The translations under genes and the position numbers were made by a program. From Abditibacterium sp. (lineage in GTDB: Bacteria; Armatimonadota; Abditibacteriia; Abditibacteriales; Abditibacteriaceae), in contig CBDASK010000003.1 of NCBI GenBank assembly GCA_965199495.1, positions 4,000,001 through 4,064,000 on the forward strand: 64,000 bases of DNA, in the 5' to 3' direction. The stretch's first letter is position 1, and every line of letters begins with the position of its first letter. Under the pieces are notes generated by a model. The model had not been told where the DNA came from. It did not search any database and worked only from the letters and a program-made list of their open reading frames with translations. Below are positions 52,456 to 61,544 of the stretch, piece by piece.

Positions 52456-52887
52456 GTGCGCATTTCACGGCGAGTCAGTTTGCATTTCGCGCCCAGAACA
52501 TTGTTTTGGGTCGCTTTGATGCTCGTCTTCGCTCAGGTCGCGCACGCTTTCGACGCGTGTTCCGCTTCCCTCGAAACGGCGCGACAATCAACGACATTGG
52601 TCAAGGCACCCTGTTCCGACAATCATGTTTGCGAGTTGTGCGCGATGACGCCTTCCGATCATATTTGTCATTGCACGCCCGAACCCGCCGTTCGCGTGAC
52701 TTCTGGCCTTCATTTGACTGAACCCCCGTTGATTTTCGTGGATGCGCCGTTTGCCGCATCCCTTGTTGTGCCGTCCGCCGAACCATCGAGCCGAATCCAC
52801 CCTCACGCCGATGCGGATGTGCCACCGCTACGCTCACAGTATTTGGCGCCCCAACTTTCCGGTCGCGCCCCTCCTTTTTCGGTTTAA
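52456..52887 (+). CDS. DUF2946/CruR-like Cys/His-rich leader protein ending in RAPP
   Basis: Signal-like helix (AQVAHA), HVCELC, HICHC, C-terminal SGRAPPFSV*. Confidence 0.75.
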   Translation: MRISRRVSLHFAPRTLFWVALMLVFAQVAHAFDACSASLETARQSTTLVKAPCSDNHVCELCAMTPSDHICHCTPEPAVRVTSGLHLTEPPLIFVDAPFAASLVVPSAEPSSRIHPHADADVPPLRSQYLAPQLSGRAPPFSV

Positions 52888-52972
52888 TTTCGCGTTTGCC
52901 CCGCAAAACGCGCGTTTTCGCGCGTCTGCTGAGGGCAATTTTACTCGTTTCTAAAACCCAAAGGAGAACCCG

Positions 52973-54451
52973 TTGTCCCCTCGTTTTTCCGCACAAAGCG
53001 TGCTTTTTGTCGTGCTTTGTTGCGCCTTTCCCGCGTCGGCTCAGATAGCAGCCACTTCGCCCGCGACTTCGCCCGCTTCGCCGCAAAATCCCGTTGCGCT
53101 CGATGAATTAATCGCGCGCGCACTGCAAAATAATCCGCAACCGCAAATCGCCGCCGCCAACCTCGAAGCGGCGCGCGCCCGCGCCAGTTCTGCGCGCGCG
53201 CCTATAGGCCCGACACTGCAAATTGTGCCCGGCATCGGTGGCAAGGCACAATCGCGCGATGAAGAAATTTTGCTCTCGCAACCGATAGATTTATTCGGCC
53301 AGCGTCGCGCCGCGCGCCGCGTTTTTGACGCACAACTGAGCGGCGCACAGGCGCAACGCGACGGCGCTATGCGCGCATTAGTTATCGCGGTGAAAAACGC
53401 CGCCGCTGAACTGTTCGCGGCACAAGAGTCCGAGTCGTTGGGACGGGCGCAACTCGAAATCGCGCAACAATTTCGCGATGCCGCAGCGCGTCGCGCGCAA
53501 CTGGGCGAAGTGCCCGCCGTGCAAACGCAGCGCGCGCAACTCGAACTCGACCGCGCCTCCATCGAACTCGACGCCGCCATCGCACAACGCGCGATTCGCC
53601 GCGTTCGATTAAATCAACTCATCGGCGCCGCGCCGCAAGCGCCGCTTATTGTCGCGTTGCCCGAAATTTCGTTCGGCGACATCGGGCCACTTGCGGCCCC
53701 TTCCATTTCCGAAGCTCCGACGAACTCTTCGTCATCGGAAAGCGCGAATCTAAATCCCGAAATCGTGCCCGCTTCATCGCAGGTCGGCACTGATTTGGTC
53801 GCCACGCGCGCGGCTCTTTTGCCGGGCGCCCTGCAACGTCCCGATGTTTTATCGGCGCGATCGGCGGTTGAGGTGGCGCGCGCTCAGGCCAACGCGATTG
53901 CCGCACAAAGACGACCGCAACTCGAAATTCAGGCGCGACGCGGCGGAGTCTTCGATGGGGCTTCGACTTCGCTGCGCGCTGTTTTGACGGTTCCACTTTT
54001 CGGTTTGGGCGCCAACCGCAATCAGCAACGCGCCGCCGAATTTGAAGCGCAAGCCGGAGAAAAACAGCTCGAATTGTTGCGCTCGCAGGTCGCTACGCAA
54101 TTGGAAAGCGCGCTAATTTCGCTCCATCAAAGCCGCGTTGTGGTCGCGCGTTATCGCGATTCCATTTTGCCACAGACGCTCGATTTATTGCGCAAAACCC
54201 AGATCGGTTACGCGGCGGGCGCCTCGACTTATCTCGAAGTTTTGGAAGCGCAACGCGCGACTAAACAAGTTCAAACCGAATATTTGCAAGCGTTGGCGGG
54301 CGTAAGGTCGGGCGAAGCCAATCTGGAAAATGCGCTCGGCGCGGATTACGTTGTGCCGTCGGGCGCAGTCAATAACCCCGAAATTTTGGCCGTGCCCCCC
54401 GGCGTGGCTGCATTGGGGACAGTGCCAAATGATTTGGTGCCGGAAAACTAA
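52973..54451 (+). CDS. czcC: TolC/CzcC-family outer membrane efflux protein
   Basis: AAGGAG Shine-Dalgarno and TTG start; LDELIARALQNNP, QPIDLFGQR, YAAGASTYLEVLEAQR. Confidence 0.85.
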   Translation: MSPRFSAQSVLFVVLCCAFPASAQIAATSPATSPASPQNPVALDELIARALQNNPQPQIAAANLEAARARASSARAPIGPTLQIVPGIGGKAQSRDEEILLSQPIDLFGQRRAARRVFDAQLSGAQAQRDGAMRALVIAVKNAAAELFAAQESESLGRAQLEIAQQFRDAAARRAQLGEVPAVQTQRAQLELDRASIELDAAIAQRAIRRVRLNQLIGAAPQAPLIVALPEISFGDIGPLAAPSISEAPTNSSSSESANLNPEIVPASSQVGTDLVATRAALLPGALQRPDVLSARSAVEVARAQANAIAAQRRPQLEIQARRGGVFDGASTSLRAVLTVPLFGLGANRNQQRAAEFEAQAGEKQLELLRSQVATQLESALISLHQSRVVVARYRDSILPQTLDLLRKTQIGYAAGASTYLEVLEAQRATKQVQTEYLQALAGVRSGEANLENALGADYVVPSGAVNNPEILAVPPGVAALGTVPNDLVPEN

Positions 54452-54515
54452 GTGTGATAATGCAAGCGAATAAATTCGCGGCTACCAATTAATTTCTAAC
54501 TCCTATCAAATAATC

Positions 54516-56567
54516 ATGTTTAAATCATTTCTGCGCGCCACCCTTGTCGGCGCCAGCCTAATTTTCGTCATCGGCGGTTGCCAACCTAAACCGCCCGTCG
54601 AAACAGCGCACGCCGAAGGCGATGAACACGCGGAAGACGAACACTCCGAAGAAAGCCACAAAGAAGGCGAAGATCACGCGACCGAGGCGATTCATTTCGA
54701 GGGCGATGGCGCCCAGAAAGCGGGTATTTCCATCCAAACCATCACGGCGACGCCGCTCGTCACGGGCATTCCGGTGAGTGGCTCGATTGAAGCCAGCCCC
54801 AACCGCGTGGCCAATGTGTCTTCGATTGTGTCGGGGCGTATTGTCCAGCTCAACGTCGTCGCTGGCGAATCCGTGGACAAAGGCGATGTTTTGGCGATCA
54901 TCGAAAGTCGCGGCGTCGGCGAGGCGCAAGCCGCATTTGCAAGTGCGACGGCACGCTTGCAAAACGCGCGTTCCAATTTGCGCATTATTGAGTCGCAAGC
55001 GCGCGTGGGCGTCTATTCGCGCGCACCGCTCGAAAGTGCGCGCGCCCGCCTCAACGATTCCAGCGCCGATGTCAACACTGCGCGCACTGCGCTCAATACG
55101 GCGAGCGCAACTCAGCGTAATGTGAGTCAACAGGTGAGCGCGGGCAGTTTTGCTTCGCCCGCCATCGAAAATGCGCGGCGCGAAAAAGCTGCCGCTGATG
55201 CCGCGCTCAAAAGCGCGCGGGCCGAACTTTCGAGCGCGCAATCGAGCGTGAAATCTGCCGAATCCGAACTGGCGCGCCGCCGCGCTGTTGCGAGCGGCGG
55301 CGGTTATGGCGCGCGCGCCGCGCAAGTCGCCGCGCGCGATTTGGCGGCGGCACAAGCCGCGCGCGATGCCGCGCAAAGCGAAGTCGAAACCGCGCGTTCC
55401 AACCTCACGCGCGCGACGAAATTGGAAGCCGAAGGTCTGGTTTCGACGCGCGATTTGGAGTTGGCGCGCACGGCTTTAGAAAACGCGCAAGCGAAATTAG
55501 CCAGCGCGCGCGCCGAAATCGAGAGTGCGCAAGCCGAAGCCACGCGCCAAACGAAATTGTCGCAATCGAACGCGACTGGCAACGCTGAAATCGCCGCCGC
55601 CCAGACCGCTTTGACGAGCGCCCAATCCGCCGTGGCTGCTCGCCGCGCCGAGATCGAACGCGCGGGGCGCAATCTCAATTTGGCAGAAATCGCTTTGAAG
55701 CGCGAGGACGTAATTTTGCGCGCGGGCGTGGCCAACCGCCGCGAAACCGTCGGCGCGCGAAGCGCCGTTTCGTCCGCACAAACCGCGCTCAAACGCGCGC
55801 AGACGGCACAGCAAATCGCGCAAACGGTTTACAATCGCGAAGAGAAAATTTATCGTCAGAATCTGAACAATCAATCGCAGATCCAAACGGCGCGCGCGCA
55901 ACTCGTCAGCGCGCAAAGCGACGCCGATGGCGCGCGCACCGCGCTCCAATTGCTGCGCAGCGCGCCCGGTGGGAATGCGCGCGTGCCGATTCGCGCGCCG
56001 ATTGCTGGCGTAATCACCGAGCGCAACGCGGCGCTTGGCGAAGTTTTGAATGACGATACGCATCTGCTGACGATCTCGGATTTGTCGGTCGTTCACGCGG
56101 ATATGTTCGTGCCCGAACGCGAAATCGCTCGTGTGCAAATCGGTTCGCCCGTCGAAATTCGCGCCGACGCTGTGCCCAACCGCGTTTATCAGACTCGCAT
56201 CGAACTGATTCACAAAACGCTCGACCCCAAAACGCGCACAGTCGAAGTTCACGGCGAAATTGATAACGCCGACGGCCAATTGCGTTTGGGCATGGCGCTC
56301 AATGCGACGATTCAAAGCGGCGCGCAATCGCAATTGGGACTGCGCGTTCCGACCGAAGCGATTCAAGAATTCGAGGGCGAAAAAGTCGTCTTCATGCCTG
56401 CCGATGAGCCGAATACGTTCGTGAAACGCCCCGTCGAGATAGGAGCCACGGCGGGCGGCATGACTTTAATTAAAAGTGGTTTGTCGAGCGGCGATAAGGT
56501 CGTGGTGAAGGGCGCGTTCATGGTCAAGGCGCAGACGATGAAAGCGGAATTGGGGCACGAGGATTAG
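54516..56567 (+). CDS. czcB: Heavy-metal RND periplasmic adaptor (CzcB-like), elongated
   Basis: Lipoprotein Cys, His/Glu-rich N-terminus, SGRIVQLNV..G..V.KGD.L, IRAPIAGVI, D.KTRT, RVP..AIQ, GDKVVVKGAF. Confidence 0.85.
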   Translation: MFKSFLRATLVGASLIFVIGGCQPKPPVETAHAEGDEHAEDEHSEESHKEGEDHATEAIHFEGDGAQKAGISIQTITATPLVTGIPVSGSIEASPNRVANVSSIVSGRIVQLNVVAGESVDKGDVLAIIESRGVGEAQAAFASATARLQNARSNLRIIESQARVGVYSRAPLESARARLNDSSADVNTARTALNTASATQRNVSQQVSAGSFASPAIENARREKAAADAALKSARAELSSAQSSVKSAESELARRRAVASGGGYGARAAQVAARDLAAAQAARDAAQSEVETARSNLTRATKLEAEGLVSTRDLELARTALENAQAKLASARAEIESAQAEATRQTKLSQSNATGNAEIAAAQTALTSAQSAVAARRAEIERAGRNLNLAEIALKREDVILRAGVANRRETVGARSAVSSAQTALKRAQTAQQIAQTVYNREEKIYRQNLNNQSQIQTARAQLVSAQSDADGARTALQLLRSAPGGNARVPIRAPIAGVITERNAALGEVLNDDTHLLTISDLSVVHADMFVPEREIARVQIGSPVEIRADAVPNRVYQTRIELIHKTLDPKTRTVEVHGEIDNADGQLRLGMALNATIQSGAQSQLGLRVPTEAIQEFEGEKVVFMPADEPNTFVKRPVEIGATAGGMTLIKSGLSSGDKVVVKGAFMVKAQTMKAELGHED

Positions 56568-56582
56568 TTTCTGTTTCCGTGC

Positions 56583-56838
56583 GGCAACATGGAAGTTTGA
56601 GGCGGCTATGACTCACACCCCCTCTGCCTTCGCACTGCCCTGGTTCCACCGGGCGCCCACCCCCTCCGAGAGGCGGAGAGCGCCGAAGTAACTTTCGCCG
56701 CGTTGTATTAGTAAGAAAGCTCCGAAACGTCCGAGGCATTCTTCCCCTCTCGGAGGGGGGTGGGCGCCCGGTGGAACCAGGGCAGTGCGAAGGCAGAGGG
56801 GGTGTGGGTAAAAGCCGCTTCAAAATGCCATTTTGCCG
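56583..56838. repeat. Long palindromic MITE/REP-like element
   Basis: Near-perfect ~60-nt arms (CACACCCCCTCTGCCTTCGCACTGCCCTGGTTCCACCGGGCGCCCACC... and its reverse complement, core 56614-56806) plus imperfect outer arms. Confidence 0.85.
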
Positions 56839-56877
56839 AATGGTTCGCTCACTTCATCCTTAAAGGCCAAAAAATAA

Positions 56878-59800
56878 ATGATTAACACTCTCATCCGGTT
56901 CTCCATCCGAAACCGATTTTTCGTCGTGCTACTCGCGCTCGCACTTTTGGCGGGCGGCATTTACAGCGCCTTCAAACTGCCGATTGATGCCATTCCCGAT
57001 GTCACCAACAAGCAGGTGCAAATCAACACCGTCGTCGCGGGACTCGCGCCGCCCGAAGTTGAACAACAGGTCACGTTTCCGCTCGAAGTCGCGCTCGCCG
57101 GAATGCCAAAGCTCGTCGAAACACGCTCGATTTCGCAATTCGGTTTGTCCCAAGTCACGGTGATTTTCGAGGACAACGTCGATATTTACTTCGCGCGCCA
57201 ACTCGTTTTCGAGCGATTGCAAAGCGCCCGTGACGATTTGCCCGCCGGAGCGCAGCCCGAAATGGGGCCGGTCTCGACGGGTTTAGGCGAAATTTATTAC
57301 TTGTTCCTCGAAGGCCCGCAAACCTTGGAAGAGCGCCGCACTTTGATGGATTTCACCGTGAAGCCGCAACTGCGCACCGTGCCCGGTTTGAGCGAAGTCA
57401 ATACGTGGGGCGGGCAGGCCAAACAGTATCAAATCGTCGCCGACCCGCAGAAATTGGCGGCGCGCGGCCTGACGATTCGCGATTTGACCGAGGCGGTTGA
57501 GCGCAACAATCAAAACGCGGGCGGCGGCGTTTTGCACACGGGCGATGAGCAAGAATTCGTGCGCGGCGTCGGCAGAATCCAATCTATCGGCGACATCGAG
57601 AATATCGTCGTCAAAGCGCAGGGTGGCGTGGGGGTGTTCGTGCGCGATGTGGCGACGGTGAAAACCGGCGGCCAACCGCGTCAAGGCGCCGTCACGCGCA
57701 ATGGCAAAGGCGAAGCGGTGACGGGAATCACCATGCTTTTGCTGGGCGAAAACGGGCGCGTTGTCGTGGATGCGGTGAAAGATCGCGTCGAGAAAATTCA
57801 GAAAACGCTGCCCAAAGGCACTAAATTAGTGGGCGAACTCGACCGCAGCGATTTGATTAAACGCACCCTGGCAACCGCGATTCGCAATCTCGCCGAGGGT
57901 GGATTGTTAGTCATCGGCGTGCTGTTTCTGTTTTTGCTGCAACTGCGCGCAGGCCTCATCGTTTCGAGCGCGATTCCGCTCGCCATGCTTTTCGCCATTA
58001 TCGGCATGAACTACTTTGGCGTGAGCGCCAATTTGATGAGTCTGGGCGCGGTTGATTTCGGTTTGATCGTGGACGGCGCCGTCATTATCGTCGAAAATAT
58101 CGTGCGAAGATTAGCCGAATCGCGCCACCATCTGGGGCGGGACTTGACCGAAACCGAACGATTGGACGAGATATTCGAGGGCGCCGTCGAAGTGCGCCAA
58201 TCCTCACAATTCGGCGAAATGATCATCATCGCGGCGTATTTGCCGATTCTATCGCTGGTCGGCATCGAAGGCAAAATGTTCAAACCGATGGGCTTGGTCG
58301 TCATCATGGCGCTCGTTGGCGCATTGATATTATCAATGACGGTGATTCCGGCGTTGTGCGCGTATTTTCTCAAAGCGGCGCCCGAACGCGAATCGCCGGT
58401 TGTCAAAGTCGCTTCCAAATTTTACGCGCCCAGTTTAAATTGGGTTTTGGGACATCGCTGGCCCGTTGTTGGTGGCGCGGTCGTATTTATCGCGTTGTGC
58501 GCGTCGCTGTTCCCGCGCTTGGGGTCGGAATTCATCCCGCAATTGGACGAAGGCTCGATGGCGATTCAGATCGCTTATCCGCCTTCGATGTCCATCGAAT
58601 ATGCAGCCACGCGCGCGACGGCGTTCGAGAAAAAATTGCTGGCTGAGTTTCCCAACGAGATCAACACGGTCTTCACGCGCATTGGGCGCGCCGAAGTCGC
58701 CACCGATCCGATGTTGCCGTCGCAGCAAGATATGATTATCACGCTCAAGCCGCAGAGCGGGTGGAGCAGGGCGAAATCGAAAGACGAGTTGGTGGGCGAA
58801 ATGGCCGAAGTCGCCGAGAAAATGCCGGGCATGGGCGCTTCGATGGCGCAACCGATTCAGATGCGCATGAACGAACTCATCGAAGGCGTCGGTATCCGCA
58901 GCGAATTGGGCATCGAGCTTTACGGCGACGACTTAACTATTCTGGCGCAAAAAGGCGCCGAAATCGGCAAAGTGTTGCGCACCGTTCCCGGCAACGCCGA
59001 CGTGGCTGTCGAGACGACCGAAGGTTTGCCGGTTCTCAACATTGACATCCGCCGCGACGCCGTCGCGCGCTATGGCATCAACGTCGCCGATGTGCAACAC
59101 ACGATTCAAGCCGCCATTGGCGGCGAAGAAGTCGGCGAAGTCATCAAGGGCAACGCGCGTTTCCCGATTGCCGTGCGCCTGGAAGAACGCTTTCGCCGCG
59201 ATCCCGAAGCCATCGCGCGCATCGAAATTCCCGCGCCCGATGGCTCGACTGTCGCGCTGGGCCAACTCGCTTCGATCCAATCCACGCAAGGCCCAGTGCA
59301 GATTTCGCGCGAAAATGGCAGTCGTCGCGTCGTGATTCAGGCCAACATGCGCGGGCGCGATTTGGGTTCGTTTGTCGAGGAAGCGCGTGCCAAAATCGAG
59401 CGCGAAGTTTCGCTTGCTCCCGGTTATCGCGTCGAATACGGCGGCACTTACGAGAAGTTGCAGAGCGGGCGCGCGCGTTTGGCGCTCATCGTTCCGGCGA
59501 CGTTCGGGATTATCTTCATCCTGCTATTCACTACTTTTGGCAGCGTGAAACAGGCGATTTTGGTCTTCACCGGCATTCCGTTCGCCATCACCGGCGGCAT
59601 TCTGGCGCTGATGATGCGCGGCATTCCGTTCTCGATGAGCGCGGCTGTGGGATTCATTGCCCTCTTCGGCGTGGCCGTGTTGAACGGATTGGTTCTGGTC
59701 AGCTTCATCAACCAACTGCGCGCGCGTGGTGAAAGCGTGCGCGATGCGGTCGAAAAAGGTTGCGCACTGCGTTTGCGCCCGGTTCTGATGACGGCGGCAG

Positions 59801-59979
59801 TCGCTTCGATTGGCTTTTTACCGATGGCGCTGGGCCACGGCGCGGGCGCCGAAGTGCAACGGCCATTAGCAACCGTGGTCATCGGCGGATTATTGACTTC
59901 AACACTTTTGACGTTATATGTTTTGCCGGTTTTGTATTTGTGGTTCGAGCGCGATGGTAAATCGGAAAATTTGACTTAA
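56878..59979 (+). CDS. czcA: CzcA/CusA-family heavy-metal efflux RND permease
   Basis: LPIDAIPDVTN.QV, NLMSLGAVDFGLIVDGAVIIVEN, GIEGKMFKPM, RLRPVLMTA, EVQRPLATVVIGG. Confidence 0.93.
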   Translation: MINTLIRFSIRNRFFVVLLALALLAGGIYSAFKLPIDAIPDVTNKQVQINTVVAGLAPPEVEQQVTFPLEVALAGMPKLVETRSISQFGLSQVTVIFEDNVDIYFARQLVFERLQSARDDLPAGAQPEMGPVSTGLGEIYYLFLEGPQTLEERRTLMDFTVKPQLRTVPGLSEVNTWGGQAKQYQIVADPQKLAARGLTIRDLTEAVERNNQNAGGGVLHTGDEQEFVRGVGRIQSIGDIENIVVKAQGGVGVFVRDVATVKTGGQPRQGAVTRNGKGEAVTGITMLLLGENGRVVVDAVKDRVEKIQKTLPKGTKLVGELDRSDLIKRTLATAIRNLAEGGLLVIGVLFLFLLQLRAGLIVSSAIPLAMLFAIIGMNYFGVSANLMSLGAVDFGLIVDGAVIIVENIVRRLAESRHHLGRDLTETERLDEIFEGAVEVRQSSQFGEMIIIAAYLPILSLVGIEGKMFKPMGLVVIMALVGALILSMTVIPALCAYFLKAAPERESPVVKVASKFYAPSLNWVLGHRWPVVGGAVVFIALCASLFPRLGSEFIPQLDEGSMAIQIAYPPSMSIEYAATRATAFEKKLLAEFPNEINTVFTRIGRAEVATDPMLPSQQDMIITLKPQSGWSRAKSKDELVGEMAEVAEKMPGMGASMAQPIQMRMNELIEGVGIRSELGIELYGDDLTILAQKGAEIGKVLRTVPGNADVAVETTEGLPVLNIDIRRDAVARYGINVADVQHTIQAAIGGEEVGEVIKGNARFPIAVRLEERFRRDPEAIARIEIPAPDGSTVALGQLASIQSTQGPVQISRENGSRRVVIQANMRGRDLGSFVEEARAKIEREVSLAPGYRVEYGGTYEKLQSGRARLALIVPATFGIIFILLFTTFGSVKQAILVFTGIPFAITGGILALMMRGIPFSMSAAVGFIALFGVAVLNGLVLVSFINQLRARGESVRDAVEKGCALRLRPVLMTAAVASIGFLPMALGHGAGAEVQRPLATVVIGGLLTSTLLTLYVLPVLYLWFERDGKSENLT

Positions 59980-59991
59980 ACTACGATTCCA

Positions 59992-61278
59992 ATGAATACC
60001 AAACCCACGCTATGGAACCGTTTCTGCGCCAGCGCGACCGGCGAAGTTTCCGCCGATACGCTCGAAGCCTATCGCCGCGCCAGCCTCGCGGTTTACGATG
60101 CGCTCGAACATTCCGAAACGCACCGCGCGGGCGCCAAAGCAGATGGCAAAAACGCCTGGACTTTGCCCAAATCCACGCAGGCCGAAATGCTCTGCACCTG
60201 GAACGCGTTCGTTTTGCAAACGCTGGGCGACCGCTTTCTGGACGCCGATTACGAAGGCGATCCGCACACCGTCGGGTTCGTGCCAGCGATTACGTCCGAT
60301 CAGATTTTGAGTTTTTATACCCAAGTCGAAGGCTGGCTCAACCGCGCGCAACAGGCGCACTTCAATCCCGACTATAAACTCGACGTATCTGTGCCCGCCG
60401 CCTTGCCCGCGTGGAGCGAAGTCGAGCCGTGTCCCAACGCGCATTTAGTCGGAATGCTCGAAGCGATGCGCGCCGTGCGCGATCACACCGAAGCGGCGAT
60501 TTTGTTCCTCCAAGATTCGCCCGCACAGACCGACGAACAAACCAAAAACGCCAACCAGATTCGCCAAGTTCACGCGTCGGCCCAAACCAAAGCGCGCTAT
60601 GCCGAAGATATGATGAACGGCAGCAATCCGACGCGCGATGTGCATGAACGCGTCGAGGAACACGTCAAAGAAGCGGTCGAAAGTTATTATTTGCTGGGCC
60701 AATTATTGGCGATGCCCGAACTGGCGAACAATGTTTTGAATCCGCCGAAACCACTGCCGCTACCAGCCACGCCGCCTTTGTCGCCGCCTTCGCCGTTTTA
60801 CGCGCCGTCGCCCAATCAATTCGCGCCACAAAACGCGCAATTGGCGTTGCCCAACTCGCCCGATTTCGATATGTGGTGCCTGACGGCGCCCGAAGCGCAA
60901 AGCAAATTTGCGCAAGACCGCGAAGCGGTGCGCGCGATTAAAACGTTGTGGCAACTCGATCCCGATCCGCGCCGCACCGTTGAAATTCAAAGCGAAATTA
61001 ATGCGGCCTTGGCGCGCGGCGAAATCGGTTATGCGAGCGACCAATGGGGCAAAAAGTTGGGCCATTTTTTCTGCGCGCCGTGGGGCAGCGTTTACCTTGC
61101 CAAACGCCCAGTGACAATCGGCGGCACACGCATGATGACGATGCAACAATTCATCTTCAACGTAACGTGCGAAGGCGTTAATCTGGGCGCGCCCTTCGAG
61201 CGCGAAATTATGACGGGCAATTTCACGCCGACCTCAAAATTTGAATACGGCGACCCCAACGAAGCGCCCGATCATTGA
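59992..61278 (+). CDS. Hypothetical two-domain protein with a Pro-rich linker
   Basis: 428-aa ORF 12 nt after czcA; helical N-domain, PPKPLPLPATPPLSPPSP linker, C-domain GHFFCAPW. Confidence 0.7.
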   Translation: MNTKPTLWNRFCASATGEVSADTLEAYRRASLAVYDALEHSETHRAGAKADGKNAWTLPKSTQAEMLCTWNAFVLQTLGDRFLDADYEGDPHTVGFVPAITSDQILSFYTQVEGWLNRAQQAHFNPDYKLDVSVPAALPAWSEVEPCPNAHLVGMLEAMRAVRDHTEAAILFLQDSPAQTDEQTKNANQIRQVHASAQTKARYAEDMMNGSNPTRDVHERVEEHVKEAVESYYLLGQLLAMPELANNVLNPPKPLPLPATPPLSPPSPFYAPSPNQFAPQNAQLALPNSPDFDMWCLTAPEAQSKFAQDREAVRAIKTLWQLDPDPRRTVEIQSEINAALARGEIGYASDQWGKKLGHFFCAPWGSVYLAKRPVTIGGTRMMTMQQFIFNVTCEGVNLGAPFEREIMTGNFTPTSKFEYGDPNEAPDH

Positions 61279-61304
61279 TAAATTTGCGGTAAGATATGGT
61301 GTGA

Positions 61305-61375
61305 AGTTCGGTCGTCCAACGGAAAGACACCCGCCTCTCACGCGGGGGATGCAGGTTCAAATCCCGCCCGAACTT
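61305..61375 (+). tRNA. tRNA-Glu(CTC)-like, atypical
   Basis: AGTTCGG/CCGAACT acceptor, GTC/GAC D-stem, CCCGC-CTCTCAC-GCGGG anticodon arm, GGTTCAAATCC T-arm with an A.C mismatch; no CCA. Confidence 0.7.
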
Positions 61376-61383
61376 CGCATTTG

Positions 61384-61455
61384 GAAGTCGTCGTCTAACG
61401 GAAAGACTCCGGTCTCCAGAACCGAAGAATGAAGGTTCAAATCCTTCCGACTTCC
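61384..61455 (+). tRNA. tRNA-Trp(CCA)-like, atypical
   Basis: GAAGTCG/CGACTTC acceptor, CCGGT-CTCCAGA-ACCGA anticodon arm (C.A mismatch, G37), GAAGG-TTCAAAT-CCTTC T-arm. Confidence 0.7.
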
Positions 61456-61465
61456 ACCGTTATGA

Positions 61466-61536
61466 AAAGCCGTAGCTCAATGGAAGAGCGCCTGAATTGC
61501 ATTCAGGAAATGTGGGTTCAAGTCCCGTCGGCTTTT
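61466..61536 (+). tRNA. tRNA-Ala(TGC)-like, atypical (no G3.U70)
   Basis: AAAGCCG/CGGCTTT acceptor, TAGCTCAATGGAAGAGC D-arm, CCTGA-ATTGCAT-TCAGG anticodon arm, GGTTCAAGTCC T-arm. Confidence 0.7.
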
Positions 61537-61544
61537 CACCTCTC

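Noticed and set aside
61275..61300. Sigma70 promoter for the tRNA-like cluster (TTGATA...TATGGT)
   Set aside because: The spacing is only 14 nt, so it is not supportable without TSS data.
61241..61544. ORF 61241..61432 and the SDR extension from 61497
   Set aside because: Both overlap the tRNA cloverleaves; the SDR more plausibly starts at ATG 61545.
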